50,762 nt of DNA, from IMG/VR virus record IMGVR_UViG_3300045988_092582, positions 1-50,762 of that record; one strand, 5' to 3'. Source of the stretch: a virus. The position numbers and the translations under genes were made by a program. Of this stretch, positions 7,661-16,905 are shown piece by piece (within the stretch, counting starts at the first letter, position 1; every line of letters begins with the position of its first letter). The notes under the pieces were generated by a model that worked only from the letters and a program-made list of their open reading frames with translations, was not told the DNA's origin and did no database searches.

Positions 7661-9889
7661 TCAGAAGTTTAGAACCGGCTTTCCGGCTTGCTGTGTCATG
7701 CGGTTAATATGGTTAACCGTGTTCCTTGCGACCTCTCTTCCGTCCAAATTGACAACTACCGTTATCGTGCCATTCCCCTGTCCACCAACCTCACGCATGG
7801 CTTCCACTACCGCCTGCTTGATGGTAGCAAGCGGCGCTTCAATGTTGGTTCCGCTCCGCTGGTCTCCTAAGACAGCCAGGAATTCCCGGTTGGGGGGAAT
7901 CACTGCGCCCTGTGCCAAGCGCGGAATTGATACTTTTGAAATTCTTGGAATGTTGATTCCTTTGAACGAATAGCCTCCCAACCAGTCCGGGAGTTCAAAA
8001 GCTGTCAATGCTTGGAGGCCGTCTAGCAGTTTATTGATCCCGCTGATAATCAGGTTAATGGCGCTTTCGATCACACTGACAATTCCATTCCAAGCCCCTT
8101 TGAAAATATTTTTAATCCCTTCCCATGCAAGGTCCCAGTCTCCGGAAAAAACGCCTCCAATGAATTGAACCAACCCTGTAAAAATTTGTTCAATAGCGTT
8201 AATTACATTCGTAACAGTAGTTCTAATTCCATCAAACGCGGATCTAAACAAATTCTTAATTGTATCAATAATAGGACTGAGTACGCCGCCGGTTTTTTCG
8301 TCCAACCAGTCTAGGAAGCTTTGAATCATAGTCTTGATTGCGTCAAAAATCGCTGTAATCGCAATATTAAGACCATCAAAAATTCCAGTAATTCCCGCGA
8401 CAGCCTGTTCAATGTTTCCTGTAAATACTCCAACAAAGAAGTCAATAAATCCTTGCAGAATCATTCGAATTCCGTTTAATAAGGCTTCTCCTTGTCCGTA
8501 AGCGGTCGTAATTGCCAAGACAATAGCCGCAATTCCTGCAATCAGCATTGGAATCCAGGAACCTATGAAAAGTGCGATCCCCGCTCCCGTTGCCAAAATT
8601 CCCGCGATAGAGAGAATCAGATTTTGTAAGTTCCACCCATTTTCATACGCATCTCTGAATCCGGTTACAAGCATTGTCAAACCCGTTACGATCAAGCCAA
8701 CGGCCGCTCCGACTCGTCCAAAAACTAACCAAAGCCCTGCCACAAGTTCAGCCGCCCTTAAAAGCATTCCTAGGAGGTTGTCCCATGTAACACCGTTTAC
8801 CCATGCGTCAAATGTATTCCTGATAAATTCGATTGCACCATCTAGCGCAAGAAATAACCCCAAGAGAGTCTTTAAACCGTTTCTAAACTGCGCGGGAATT
8901 TTCCAATATAGCAACGCTGTCCCGATCAATTTGACAAGGTTTAAAATTTTATCAAGAATCCCTGTGTCTTGTTCTTCAAAGTCAAATGTCGGCGCAATGT
9001 TGTTTCCAGCAGTGCCGCCCCCGCCGTCTTTGGATTCCCCTGCCAACTGATTAATTTCGTCAAACCCGGCTAGTGATCCGGAAGCCTCATCTGCCGCCGC
9101 CCCAACTCCTTCTAAAGCCTCAGCTTCTTTGTTCAGTCCTTCCGCTGCCTGTGCAGATTGTTTAATGGTACTTCCAAACAGCATGGAAACAACATTAGCG
9201 ATTGCTGTAATGATTCTCGACAAAACATTTACAAATACTGTAAATGCTGGTATAATCACATTTACTAGGGGCTGTACTAATGTAAGGAGGGCCCCCTTTA
9301 ATCTACCGATGGCCGCAGTCGCTTCGTCATTGGTTTTAATGACCTTTCCGAACCATTCTCGCAGAGAGGCAAGTCCCTGAGAGATCACCGTAAAAATCAA
9401 CGCGCTTCGTACCACTTCTCGTAGTCTCATGGAAAACTTTCCGGCGCTCTTTTGCATCCGCTCCATGGCCTGTGACATTATTTCTGTGTTTGGTCCAGAA
9501 GATGCAAGTTGCTTTTGGATATCTCCCGCTCTTTCTTTGGTCAGATTAAGGGCAATGTTGGTTTTCTCAATAGAAGCATCGTAGCTCTCCACCTTTTTCT
9601 GCACAGCATCCCATTCTTTTTGGAGCTGCTTTACCTTTTCTGCCTGCTGATTGATACTGGAAGACGTGAAAAACTCGCCGCCGCTTCTCATGCTTTCCAG
9701 TTTTGCTTTTGCAGCATCCAGCTCTGCCCCAAGTTGCCTAGATTGTTCAATCAACGGCATTTGTTGTTGCTGCTTAATATAAATCTGATCATTTAAGCTC
9801 TCAATTTTTTTGTTTAGTTTGTTCAGTTCTTGTTGCGCCTTTTTATTATCAAGATCAACATCAATTACAATAGAGCCATCAGCGGCCAT
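7661..9889 (-). CDS. tape measure protein
   Basis: 742 aa from ATG 9889. N-terminal coiled coil, a central stretch of many hydrophobic/Gly-rich helices, and the canonical position after the tail chaperones. Confidence 0.85.
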   Translation of the reverse strand: MAADGSIVIDVDLDNKKAQQELNKLNKKIESLNDQIYIKQQQQMPLIEQSRQLGAELDAAKAKLESMRSGGEFFTSSSINQQAEKVKQLQKEWDAVQKKVESYDASIEKTNIALNLTKERAGDIQKQLASSGPNTEIMSQAMERMQKSAGKFSMRLREVVRSALIFTVISQGLASLREWFGKVIKTNDEATAAIGRLKGALLTLVQPLVNVIIPAFTVFVNVLSRIITAIANVVSMLFGSTIKQSAQAAEGLNKEAEALEGVGAAADEASGSLAGFDEINQLAGESKDGGGGTAGNNIAPTFDFEEQDTGILDKILNLVKLIGTALLYWKIPAQFRNGLKTLLGLFLALDGAIEFIRNTFDAWVNGVTWDNLLGMLLRAAELVAGLWLVFGRVGAAVGLIVTGLTMLVTGFRDAYENGWNLQNLILSIAGILATGAGIALFIGSWIPMLIAGIAAIVLAITTAYGQGEALLNGIRMILQGFIDFFVGVFTGNIEQAVAGITGIFDGLNIAITAIFDAIKTMIQSFLDWLDEKTGGVLSPIIDTIKNLFRSAFDGIRTTVTNVINAIEQIFTGLVQFIGGVFSGDWDLAWEGIKNIFKGAWNGIVSVIESAINLIISGINKLLDGLQALTAFELPDWLGGYSFKGINIPRISKVSIPRLAQGAVIPPNREFLAVLGDQRSGTNIEAPLATIKQAVVEAMREVGGQGNGTITVVVNLDGREVARNTVNHINRMTQQAGKPVLNF

Positions 9890-9998
9890 AAGATCACCTT
9901 GCTTCCTAGCGGTTTTATATATTGAGGAGGGGATTTGTATAGAAAATATACTTTTACTTGTTTTTTGATATTTTAAAGAAAAATGGAGGGTATTTGGA

Positions 9999-10643
9999 AT
10001 GGGAAAGATGACAAAATGCAAATCTTGCGGAGCTGAAATCGCAAAGTCGGCAAAAATGTGTCCTCAATGTGGTGCGAAACAAAAACACGCTTTAAAAAAT
10101 GTAGCTTTTATTCTTATTGCTATTTTTTTAATAGGTGTTTTTGCATCTATATTTGGGGATAACAGCAATCCAGAATTAGTACAATCAGATAATCAAGGAG
10201 ATAATTCTACACAGTCAGAAGATGTTCAGAAAGAAACCGAGGAAAAAACTGTTTTTAATGTTGGAGAAACAGCTGCTTTAAATGATATTCATGTAACCTT
10301 GGTTAACGTTTCTGAAAATAACGGCGGAAATTATATGACTCCAACAGACGGAAACGTTTTTATCGTCTGTGAATTTGAGATAGAAAATAATTCTGACACA
10401 GATATAGCCGTTAGTTCTATCATGTCGTTTGAAGCTTATGTTGATGATTATTCTACTTCAATGAACCTTTCAGCAATGTTGAGCACCAACCAGAAACAGC
10501 TTGATGGTTCTGTTGCAGCAGGAAAAAAGATGAATGGTGTTATTGGATATGAGGTTCCATCTGGATGGTCCACAATAGAAGTGAAGTTTACCCCCGATTT
10601 TTGGTCTGGAAAAGATATTGCGTTTACTTATTCAAAGCAGTAA
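9999..10643 (+). CDS. zinc-ribbon / single-TM / DUF4352-like extracellular domain protein (moron)
   Basis: CKSCGAEI...CPQCGA, then TM segment VAFILIAIFLIGVFASIF, then the DUF4352-like pattern FNVGETAALNDIHVTLVNV...FIVCEFEIENNSDTDI...GYEVPSGW. SD GGAGGG present. Opposite strand to the tail operon and AT-rich. Confidence 0.75.
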   Translation: MGKMTKCKSCGAEIAKSAKMCPQCGAKQKHALKNVAFILIAIFLIGVFASIFGDNSNPELVQSDNQGDNSTQSEDVQKETEEKTVFNVGETAALNDIHVTLVNVSENNGGNYMTPTDGNVFIVCEFEIENNSDTDIAVSSIMSFEAYVDDYSTSMNLSAMLSTNQKQLDGSVAAGKKMNGVIGYEVPSGWSTIEVKFTPDFWSGKDIAFTYSKQ

Positions 10644-10692
10644 AAATGTAGAATCCCCTGCTATCTCTATTGAGTTTTCAAGGTGTAGTTTC

Positions 10693-10721
10693 TTGACAGC
10701 TATCCAGCCAGCCCGTATAAT
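10693..10721 (+). promoter_or_regulatory. consensus sigma70-type promoter TTGACA-17-TATAAT
   Basis: TTGACA at 10693-10698, 17-nt spacer, TATAAT at 10716-10721. Lies 21 nt upstream of ATG 10743. Confidence 0.75.
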
Positions 10722-10742
10722 AGCAAACAAGAGGTGATCGGG

Positions 10743-11012
10743 ATGCTAGATGAAAAGGACCTGCAAGCGATTCATACGATGATGGAGCAGCAGAAGAAAG
10801 AAATCCTCAAAGAGTCTATGGCAAATATGCAGGTAATCATTGAGAATACATTTGCCCCACAATTCAAATTATTGTTTGAAAAGCTAGATTCAATGGGGTC
10901 TAAAATGATCCCGCAAGAAGCTATGGACATTATGGAAGATCGCGTGGATGATCTTGAAAAAACGGTGGCTATACATACCCGGCAAATTGAAGAATTGAAA
11001 AAAGCTCAGTAA
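10743..11012 (+). CDS. small coiled-coil hypothetical protein (moron)
   Basis: ATG 10743 with SD GAGGTGA plus 5 nt. MLDEKDLQAIHTMMEQQKKEILK... Has its own promoter and terminator. Confidence 0.65.
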   Translation: MLDEKDLQAIHTMMEQQKKEILKESMANMQVIIENTFAPQFKLLFEKLDSMGSKMIPQEAMDIMEDRVDDLEKTVAIHTRQIEELKKAQ

Positions 11013-11020
11013 TGAATGCC

Positions 11021-11620
11021 TCAGACGGTGCCTGTTTCGGGTGCCGTCTTACTTTTTGTCCATGCCTTCAAAAGCTCTTGCTCCGTATAAGTGTACTGTG
11101 TTTTTAGGTCAATGATATCCCGGTTTTTTCTATAAAACTCTTTGTCTGCTTTATCCAACGGTTTTCCAAGTGCTCTTTTTTCCCGAATACGAATGATCTG
11201 TGCAAATAAGCAGTCCCCAATTTCCATGTAGGCACCTAGCCAAGTCCACCAATGAACTCCTCCTGTATTGGTCTGCGGATCATATTCTTTTGCCCGCACT
11301 TCATATCCAAGGACTCGGTTGATTGGGGCAACAATCATAGAAAAATCATGTTTCCAGGAAATCAGCTGCGGCTGTTTTTGTTTGGATATTTCTTCTCTTC
11401 CACCGTTAATAAAGCGAAAGCACTCCTGAATCGCCGCGTCATAATCCGTCAGTTGGTCAAATTCCACATAGAAGATTTGGAGCACGGCAAGAGCTCGTTC
11501 TTGATCGTTGAAATCTGGGTTGTTCAGAATTTCAAAAATGTCAAGGATGACACGATAGTCATAGCGAATAGCAAACTCTTCTCCGTCTATTTCAACGGTT
11601 TTGGGCAGTCCATAACTCAT
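11021..11620 (-). CDS. Gp15-family siphovirus tail assembly protein
   Basis: MSYGLPKTVEIDGEEFAIRYDYRVILDIFEILNNPDFNDQERALAVLQIFY resembles the bacteriophage Gp15 family. Position is before the tape measure gene. Confidence 0.7.
   Translation of the reverse strand: MSYGLPKTVEIDGEEFAIRYDYRVILDIFEILNNPDFNDQERALAVLQIFYVEFDQLTDYDAAIQECFRFINGGREEISKQKQPQLISWKHDFSMIVAPINRVLGYEVRAKEYDPQTNTGGVHWWTWLGAYMEIGDCLFAQIIRIREKRALGKPLDKADKEFYRKNRDIIDLKTQYTYTEQELLKAWTKSKTAPETGTV
11023..11057 (+). terminator. intrinsic terminator of the plus-strand moron unit
   Basis: Stem agacggtgcc / ggtgccgtct (10 bp, including 2 G-U pairs) followed by tacttttt. Overlaps the 3' end of the convergent Gp15-like gene. Confidence 0.6.
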
Positions 11621-11635
11621 GCCGTGCTCCTTACT

Positions 11636-12067
11636 TCAGTTTCTTTGATACTTTTGGTACTTATTTAGATACTTTTGGAGCTTGGGATTCGTGGCTTTCT
11701 GTTCGCGCGCAAATGAAGAATCAATTTCATCCATCACAGCCAGCATGAGATTACACCACACCGGAATCCCGTTTGCCAAAGCATAAACATTCATACCGCC
11801 AAACAGCACATCACAAACCGCGTCGCCAAACACGCCGTCAATGATGCCGCGCATTTCAGCATCCCGCTCTTTTGCAAAGGCAAAGATTTCCCGCTTGTCT
11901 GCAATTTTTTCAATTTGTGCCTTATACCCTTCCTGCTTTTTATCCAGTTCTTCAAAGGCGGAGTACAGCTTTTCCACAAAGTTGCTGTCAGTCGGGTTAA
12001 AAGATACCTCACACTTCCCATTCAGGGAATATGTAACAAGTCCGCTGTCAAAGCTCAGTTCTTTCAC
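11636..12067 (-). CDS. tail assembly chaperone
   Basis: 143-aa acidic protein between the major tail protein and Gp15-like genes. Confidence 0.6.
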   Translation of the reverse strand: MKELSFDSGLVTYSLNGKCEVSFNPTDSNFVEKLYSAFEELDKKQEGYKAQIEKIADKREIFAFAKERDAEMRGIIDGVFGDAVCDVLFGGMNVYALANGIPVWCNLMLAVMDEIDSSFAREQKATNPKLQKYLNKYQKYQRN

Positions 12068-12070
12068 GTC

Positions 12071-12598
12071 TTACACCTCGTCTGGAGTAAAAGTCACCTT
12101 AGCGCCGGAAACAGACGCCGTTCCGGTGGTTCTTGTACCACCCAAGGTCACATCATAGGGCATTCCAACAGAGCCGCCGCCCTCCCCGCCCAGGCTGGAC
12201 GGCTTAACCATACAGGCGGAATAGCGCTCCGCAAACGCAGCGGTTTGGGCTGTGCCAGCATAAAGGTGTACAATCAACATGTCCTGGTTTGCAAGAGCAG
12301 CAGCGTTCTGCTCTCTGACCGCCAAATTCCAAATCTTTGTGATGGCGGGGTCTCCTGCATCCAACTCACTGGGGTCAAAGCTCTGTGTGATGATCGGCTT
12401 TTTCATGCTGGTTCTGGTGGTCCCCAGGATATCCTTTGTAGAGTCCTCCTGCCAATCGTATTCCATAGAACTGTCTGTGACACGGGTCCCCAAGGGACTC
12501 CAAACAGGTGTAGAACTGTTCCCCGTATTGAGATACGCCACCAAAAGCTCACGGTCTACCGTTTGACCGGCTGTCGTATTAAATTCCATATCGGGCAT
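12071..12598 (-). CDS. major tail (tube) protein
   Basis: ATG 12598 with SD AAAGGAGAG. Size, position and T/G-rich beta composition fit. Confidence 0.7.
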   Translation of the reverse strand: MPDMEFNTTAGQTVDRELLVAYLNTGNSSTPVWSPLGTRVTDSSMEYDWQEDSTKDILGTTRTSMKKPIITQSFDPSELDAGDPAITKIWNLAVREQNAAALANQDMLIVHLYAGTAQTAAFAERYSACMVKPSSLGGEGGGSVGMPYDVTLGGTRTTGTASVSGAKVTFTPDEV

Positions 12599-12612
12599 TG
12601 GTTTCTCTCCTT

Positions 12613-13089
12613 TCAAACTCCGACTTCATAAGTCAGGCGCATTAAAATCTGATAATCTTCATAGCCGTTTTCAAGTGCGGCCAGCTTTGCGGCCTGTGTG
12701 GTAGGCTCCACTCTCAGTGCGCGGATTCCCTCTCCCAGCTCCGGTTTATTCGTTCTGGCCCAGTCTCCGAATCTGTTCAACAGCTCGACAGCTTCTAATC
12801 GTGCATCTATGCTGTTTCCCGGTTTGATTCGATAGAGCATTTCAAACTGATATTCCGCTTGATATCCGCCCAGAATGTATTTGCTTGTAATGTAAGTTCC
12901 CGGAATCGTGGAGAGAGTCATTCCTACCTCAGCGGGCTTTGCCATGTCCACATCTAAAAATTCATAGTTGATGATGGCAACGGGCTTGTCCGGAAAGGTA
13001 TTTGCCCAAACCAGCATAGAACGGGAAATTGTTTGAACCTCTTCCGCCGCAGCCAACACTTTAGGTCCTTCTTTTTTATCAGAGATCAT
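12613..13089 (-). CDS. head-tail joining / tail completion protein
   Basis: Third of three consecutive minor-capsid-type genes between the connector and the tube protein. Confidence 0.55.
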   Translation of the reverse strand: MISDKKEGPKVLAAAEEVQTISRSMLVWANTFPDKPVAIINYEFLDVDMAKPAEVGMTLSTIPGTYITSKYILGGYQAEYQFEMLYRIKPGNSIDARLEAVELLNRFGDWARTNKPELGEGIRALRVEPTTQAAKLAALENGYEDYQILMRLTYEVGV

Positions 13090-13489
13090 TCTTCACCGCC
13101 TTGTCTGCTACTCGCACCCACTTCTCAAGGTTTTCTGACTTGCTAGCCTCGAACCAGTGGGATTGGGCCTGTGCGTGCATCGATTTGTTAAAAACCAGGT
13201 CCTTATCTGTGACCACCTTTGTGCCGCCTTTTGGCGCGTAGCTGCTTCCCGTCTCGGGATCAACCATCAATTTCCCGTAATATAGCATCCTGGATTCTGG
13301 CCCTGGATATATAATGCGAGGCCCGTCTACTTTTGTTCTCCTATCCAAGTCTCCTGTTAAGGCAGGAACGTAAGGAGACGTGTCCTTACGGATTTGAATA
13401 GCAAGAGTGTGTTCAGCTTTTGAAGATGCTTGCATCAATTTATCCTTGATTTCCTCCAGGCCTTTGGTGTGTACCGTGAGTCTCAGCAT
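13079..13489 (-). CDS. head-tail joining protein (HK97 gp10-like)
   Basis: ATG 13489 with SD GGAGGTG. MLRLTVHTKGLEEIKDKLMQ... Confidence 0.55.
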   Translation of the reverse strand: MLRLTVHTKGLEEIKDKLMQASSKAEHTLAIQIRKDTSPYVPALTGDLDRRTKVDGPRIIYPGPESRMLYYGKLMVDPETGSSYAPKGGTKVVTDKDLVFNKSMHAQAQSHWFEASKSENLEKWVRVADKAVKNDL

Positions 13490-13490
13490 T

Positions 13491-13943
13491 TCAAACACCT
13501 CCCACTTGAAAGTGCGACATATCTCCGCCAAAATCCTTGAAGTCCACCTTACTCACATCGTAGACGTTATCATATGCCGCTTTGATGGTCTGCACCGTCC
13601 AATCTGGGTGTACGGCCTCCCCTTTGACGAAAAAGCAGTCGCGGCTTACAGAGAGCGTCCACAGGCCGGTCTTGTCGTCTGCATTCCAAAATTCTCTTGG
13701 TCCGACATACCGCTTCTTTCTGCCTGTTAAGCCATCCACAGCATCAACATTGACCGGGATATACAAGGTAACGGCGTCCGCCCCTTCCAGGCCGCTCTTG
13801 TTCACATTAACGCCCTTGGAGGCGTCCAGGAGTACACCACGAAGAACAGTGATGTGATTGACCAAAGTAGGCTCAAATTTGTTTTCCGGCAGCTCTATAC
13901 TCTTCGTGTTATAGAGTGTAACAACATGTGGAAACATGCTCAT
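13491..13943 (-). CDS. head closure / minor capsid-type protein
   Basis: 150-aa ORF coupled to the connector gene by an ATGA overlap. Confidence 0.55.
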   Translation of the reverse strand: MSMFPHVVTLYNTKSIELPENKFEPTLVNHITVLRGVLLDASKGVNVNKSGLEGADAVTLYIPVNVDAVDGLTGRKKRYVGPREFWNADDKTGLWTLSVSRDCFFVKGEAVHPDWTVQTIKAAYDNVYDVSKVDFKDFGGDMSHFQVGGV

Positions 13944-14362
13944 GCGTAGTACCCCTTTGCTTTCAAAAGCCCAGTTCCAGCAAGATACATTTTCGCCGTC
14001 TCCATAAGAACTCCTTGTGCACTTTCTGCCGCATTCAGCGCGTCTTTGGCGCTTGACCCTCCGGAACGATAGGTTTTGGACCAGCTTCCAACGGTTTGGC
14101 TTTGTAGTTCCCCGGAATCGCCGACAGACGCAGATAAGCTTTTGCTTGCCGAACTCCTTGCCGCGTCAATCGTTTGATAAGCTTCAGCGATTGCACAACA
14201 CGCCATCTTTACCGCTTCCAGGTCTGCATGTTTGGCGGCTCTTCCAGCCGTACACCAGTCAAGGTAGGAGCTTGCCCGAAGCGCGAGTCTCGGAAAATCA
14301 GATGGCTCAATAGATTTCCCGAAGTACACATACGAATAGAACTCGTAACCCGCATAAATCAT
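13940..14362 (-). CDS. head-tail connector (gp6-like adaptor)
   Basis: MIYAGYEFYSYVYFGKSIEPSDFPRLALRASSYLDWCT... has a typical adaptor N-terminus. Lies downstream of the capsid gene. Confidence 0.6.
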   Translation of the reverse strand: MIYAGYEFYSYVYFGKSIEPSDFPRLALRASSYLDWCTAGRAAKHADLEAVKMACCAIAEAYQTIDAARSSASKSLSASVGDSGELQSQTVGSWSKTYRSGGSSAKDALNAAESAQGVLMETAKMYLAGTGLLKAKGYYA

Positions 14363-14469
14363 AGCGCCGTCCTCCGGAGTACCGCCAAAATATCGGCCTT
14401 TTTCATGGAGCTGTTGACACCCTCCACGCCGTTCTCCACAGCATAATCAAGCATTTCTGCCCGAGTCAT
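14359..14469 (-). CDS. small HeH/SAP-like protein (36 aa)
   Basis: Hand translated: MTRAEMLDYAVENGVEGVNSSMKKADILAVLRRTAL. This helix-extended-helix motif commonly follows capsid genes. Below the track cutoff. Confidence 0.55.
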   Translation of the reverse strand: MTRAEMLDYAVENGVEGVNSSMKKADILAVLRRTAL

Positions 14470-14516
14470 GCTGGAGAAGTCGGGCGTGGAGAGTGAAGCC
14501 GCGCTCAACAGCTCAT

Positions 14517-15560
14517 TTAACCCCCCGAGGCAGCGTCTGGCTTTACAGAGGCCACAAACAGGCCGTTGGGGTCAGGAAGGACCGGGATAAACAATCCGGT
14601 GGCCTTCGTCCACACCGCCACAGGGTCAGGCGTCGCCCATTGGGTAATGGTGATGTACTGATCGGCGGACTTTTCGTTGTATTGTCCATACTCCGCCTCT
14701 TCTGGAGACACGCCCCACAAGCCCACACCCACCTGCGGGACTGCGGTGAAAGTGATCTTATCCTCCGGATAGAAGCGGTGCGTCGCCTCCGTGCCGTCCG
14801 CCTTCTGAGTCTTATATCGCAGATCATAGGTTGTGATGGTTCCAAATCCGAAGAGCTGCGAAAACAAACCGCGTAGACGCTCGTTGGGAACATAGGTCCC
14901 CTGTCCAACAGAACCAAAGATCAGGGTCTGAATGCCCTTGTTGGTCGCTAACTTACGGACTACCTTGTTAGAGGTAATCGCCTCGTTGATGGTGTACCCC
15001 ATCTCAGCGGCTTGGTCCACAATGGCTTGAATCTGACCAATGACATCAGCATCAGCGGACATGTCCAAATCGAAGGCCAGGTTTTCACTGGGAACTTTAT
15101 AATCAACGGTCATCTTAAGGCGATTCTCATTGATGTTCATCTTGCCGGTGGCAAGCACATCCATCTTGGCAACTTCGGTTCGGACCTTGACTGCATCCGC
15201 CATCAGACGCATATCATCAAACACATAGCGCACGATAGCCTCATCGCCATACACGCCGGATTCAGTCAGGAGCCGCACGCGCTCGGTCTGATTGATCTTG
15301 CGCTTGATCAGCAGCTTTTCGACCTCCATCTTGTCAAAGGTAGGCCGGGAACCGATTTCCGCCTCCGTGTCAAAGGCGTGGACGGTAGCCATCACAGGCA
15401 GGGTAGCGCCATTGGCAAGACGCATATATTCCGCCTTGAGGTTTTCGGTCTTCTGATCAGGGAAAAGCCGGTCGCCTAGGTATGCAGGGCGGGCAACAGA
15501 CAGGTTCTGAGAGAAGTCCAGTCTTTCAGCATCGGAAATCAAAGTTAAAATATCAGCCAT
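14517..15560 (-). CDS. major capsid protein (lambda gpE-like family)
   Basis: 347 aa. N-terminus MADILTLISDAERLDFSQNLSVARPAYLGDRLFPDQKTENLKAEY fits the capsid protein E family pattern. Follows the scaffold and decoration genes. Confidence 0.85.
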   Translation of the reverse strand: MADILTLISDAERLDFSQNLSVARPAYLGDRLFPDQKTENLKAEYMRLANGATLPVMATVHAFDTEAEIGSRPTFDKMEVEKLLIKRKINQTERVRLLTESGVYGDEAIVRYVFDDMRLMADAVKVRTEVAKMDVLATGKMNINENRLKMTVDYKVPSENLAFDLDMSADADVIGQIQAIVDQAAEMGYTINEAITSNKVVRKLATNKGIQTLIFGSVGQGTYVPNERLRGLFSQLFGFGTITTYDLRYKTQKADGTEATHRFYPEDKITFTAVPQVGVGLWGVSPEEAEYGQYNEKSADQYITITQWATPDPVAVWTKATGLFIPVLPDPNGLFVASVKPDAASGG

Positions 15561-15576
15561 TTGTCAATCCTCCTTG

Positions 15577-16140
15577 TTAGACGCCTGCGGAAGTCCAGAC
15601 GGGATAGAGCTTTGCATCCTTGGTCATCTTGACCGATGTAACCGCAGGCCCGCCGCTGGAGAGCGCCCATCCGGTTTGTGTATTGCTCGCTTTAGTCAGC
15701 GGATAATCGGTTGATACAGGAGCATAGCTGCCCTCCTGGTATTCATGGGTATCAACCGGAGGCGTGCCTGTACCATCGTCCTTTTCATAGGTCAGGCAAT
15801 ATCCCCTGGTAACTTCGGGCGCATCCACAAACACAATCCCAGCCGCTTTCAGCGGTGTCTCGGCGGCGCTCTGGATATTCAGGCGTTCTTTCAGAACACG
15901 GCCAGCCAGCATGACGCTCCCTTCGTGGTCGCCGTGGGTGACATCCACATCGTCAAAAACGATACCCGCGGCGCTCCCATCATTGGACGGGAACACAGTT
16001 CCGGCGGCAACGATTTTGTTTCCATACTCATCCGCCACGCCCATAGAAGCTGGAATCTGATAGGTTTTCAGGACAAGCCCAACCTCGCTTTCCAGGAAGT
16101 TCGGCCGAAAAGTGCCATTCACTCTGTAAAAATGAGACAT
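15577..16140 (-). CDS. head decoration-type protein with C-terminal Listeria-Bacteroides (InlB B-repeat-like) domain
   Basis: ATG 16140 with SD AAGGAG plus 8 nt. C-terminus GYCLTYEKDDGTGTPPVDTHEYQEGSYAPV...KASNTQTGWALSSGGPAVTSVKMTKDAKLYPVWT matches the y-v-f..ngg...G..F.GW....LYA.W repeat pattern. Confidence 0.6.
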   Translation of the reverse strand: MSHFYRVNGTFRPNFLESEVGLVLKTYQIPASMGVADEYGNKIVAAGTVFPSNDGSAAGIVFDDVDVTHGDHEGSVMLAGRVLKERLNIQSAAETPLKAAGIVFVDAPEVTRGYCLTYEKDDGTGTPPVDTHEYQEGSYAPVSTDYPLTKASNTQTGWALSSGGPAVTSVKMTKDAKLYPVWTSAGV

Positions 16141-16145
16141 TCGTT

Positions 16146-16739
16146 TCACTCCTTCGTAGTATTTTGGGTTGCGTACATTTGATTGAACTGCTTGGCGTAC
16201 ATGGCTCCTTTGCTCTCGTGAGCAGGAGGCCCGCCAGGGCCAACAGGCTTTGCAAACGACGGGGCAGGCTTGTCCCCCTGGAACGCAGCTGGGTCGCTGT
16301 CTTGCTGCGCCTTCAGGTAATCTTCAAACCCTTCCAGAGCCCCGTTTTTGAGCGTCAGGCGGTTGGCGGTAAGGTCCGCAACAAACGCCTTTTCCGCGGC
16401 TTTAGAGCTGAACTTTACACCCTTGTCGGCAATCGCATGATTGACAGCATCTGCATAGTCACGATCTGCAATCTGCTTCTGATACTGCTCTGTCTCCGTG
16501 GTGTACTTGGCCTGCAGGTCAGCTAACTGCTGCTTGATGCCATCCACATCACCGGCAGATTTTTTTAACTTCTCAATATCCGCATCTCTCTGTGAAAGTT
16601 GTTCCTGAGACGCTTCAAGGTCCGCCTTTGCTGTATCTGCCGCCTTTTTGTATCGTTCAATGTCTTTCCCGTTGATCGCCAAAACCTTTGTCGCTTGTTC
16701 CTCTGTCAGTCCAATTTCAAGCAGTTCTTCTGTTTTCAT
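16146..16739 (-). CDS. scaffolding protein
   Basis: ATG 16739 (SD AAAGGAGAA). Charged coiled-coil protein MKTEELLEIGLTEEQATKVLAINGKDIERYKK located upstream of the capsid gene. Confidence 0.75.
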   Translation of the reverse strand: MKTEELLEIGLTEEQATKVLAINGKDIERYKKAADTAKADLEASQEQLSQRDADIEKLKKSAGDVDGIKQQLADLQAKYTTETEQYQKQIADRDYADAVNHAIADKGVKFSSKAAEKAFVADLTANRLTLKNGALEGFEDYLKAQQDSDPAAFQGDKPAPSFAKPVGPGGPPAHESKGAMYAKQFNQMYATQNTTKE

Positions 16740-16860
16740 GCGTTCTCCTTTGCGGCTAGGCTTTTTAGGTCGTTGCCGTGACCAACCGCCCCGCACTTTT
16801 AGGCTTGCGGATAGCCAAATTTAATTGAATCTCCCGTAGTTTAGCGACTTCGGGTCGGTC

Positions 16861-16905
16861 AAAAGAAAAAGGGTCAACCACCGAGAAATCCTCGGTAGTT
16901 GACCC
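16861..16905 (-). terminator. strong intrinsic terminator inside the head module
   Basis: 15-bp stem gggtcaac(c/t)accgag / ctcggt(a/g)gttgaccc followed on the minus strand by TTTTTCTTTT (plus-strand 16861-16870). Confidence 0.7.

Noticed and set aside
11021-12067. Programmed -1 frameshift between tail chaperone genes (gpG/gpGT-like)
   Set aside because: The two ORFs are separated by a stop and a 15-nt gap, with an independent SD and ATG for the Gp15-like gene. I saw no slippery heptamer.
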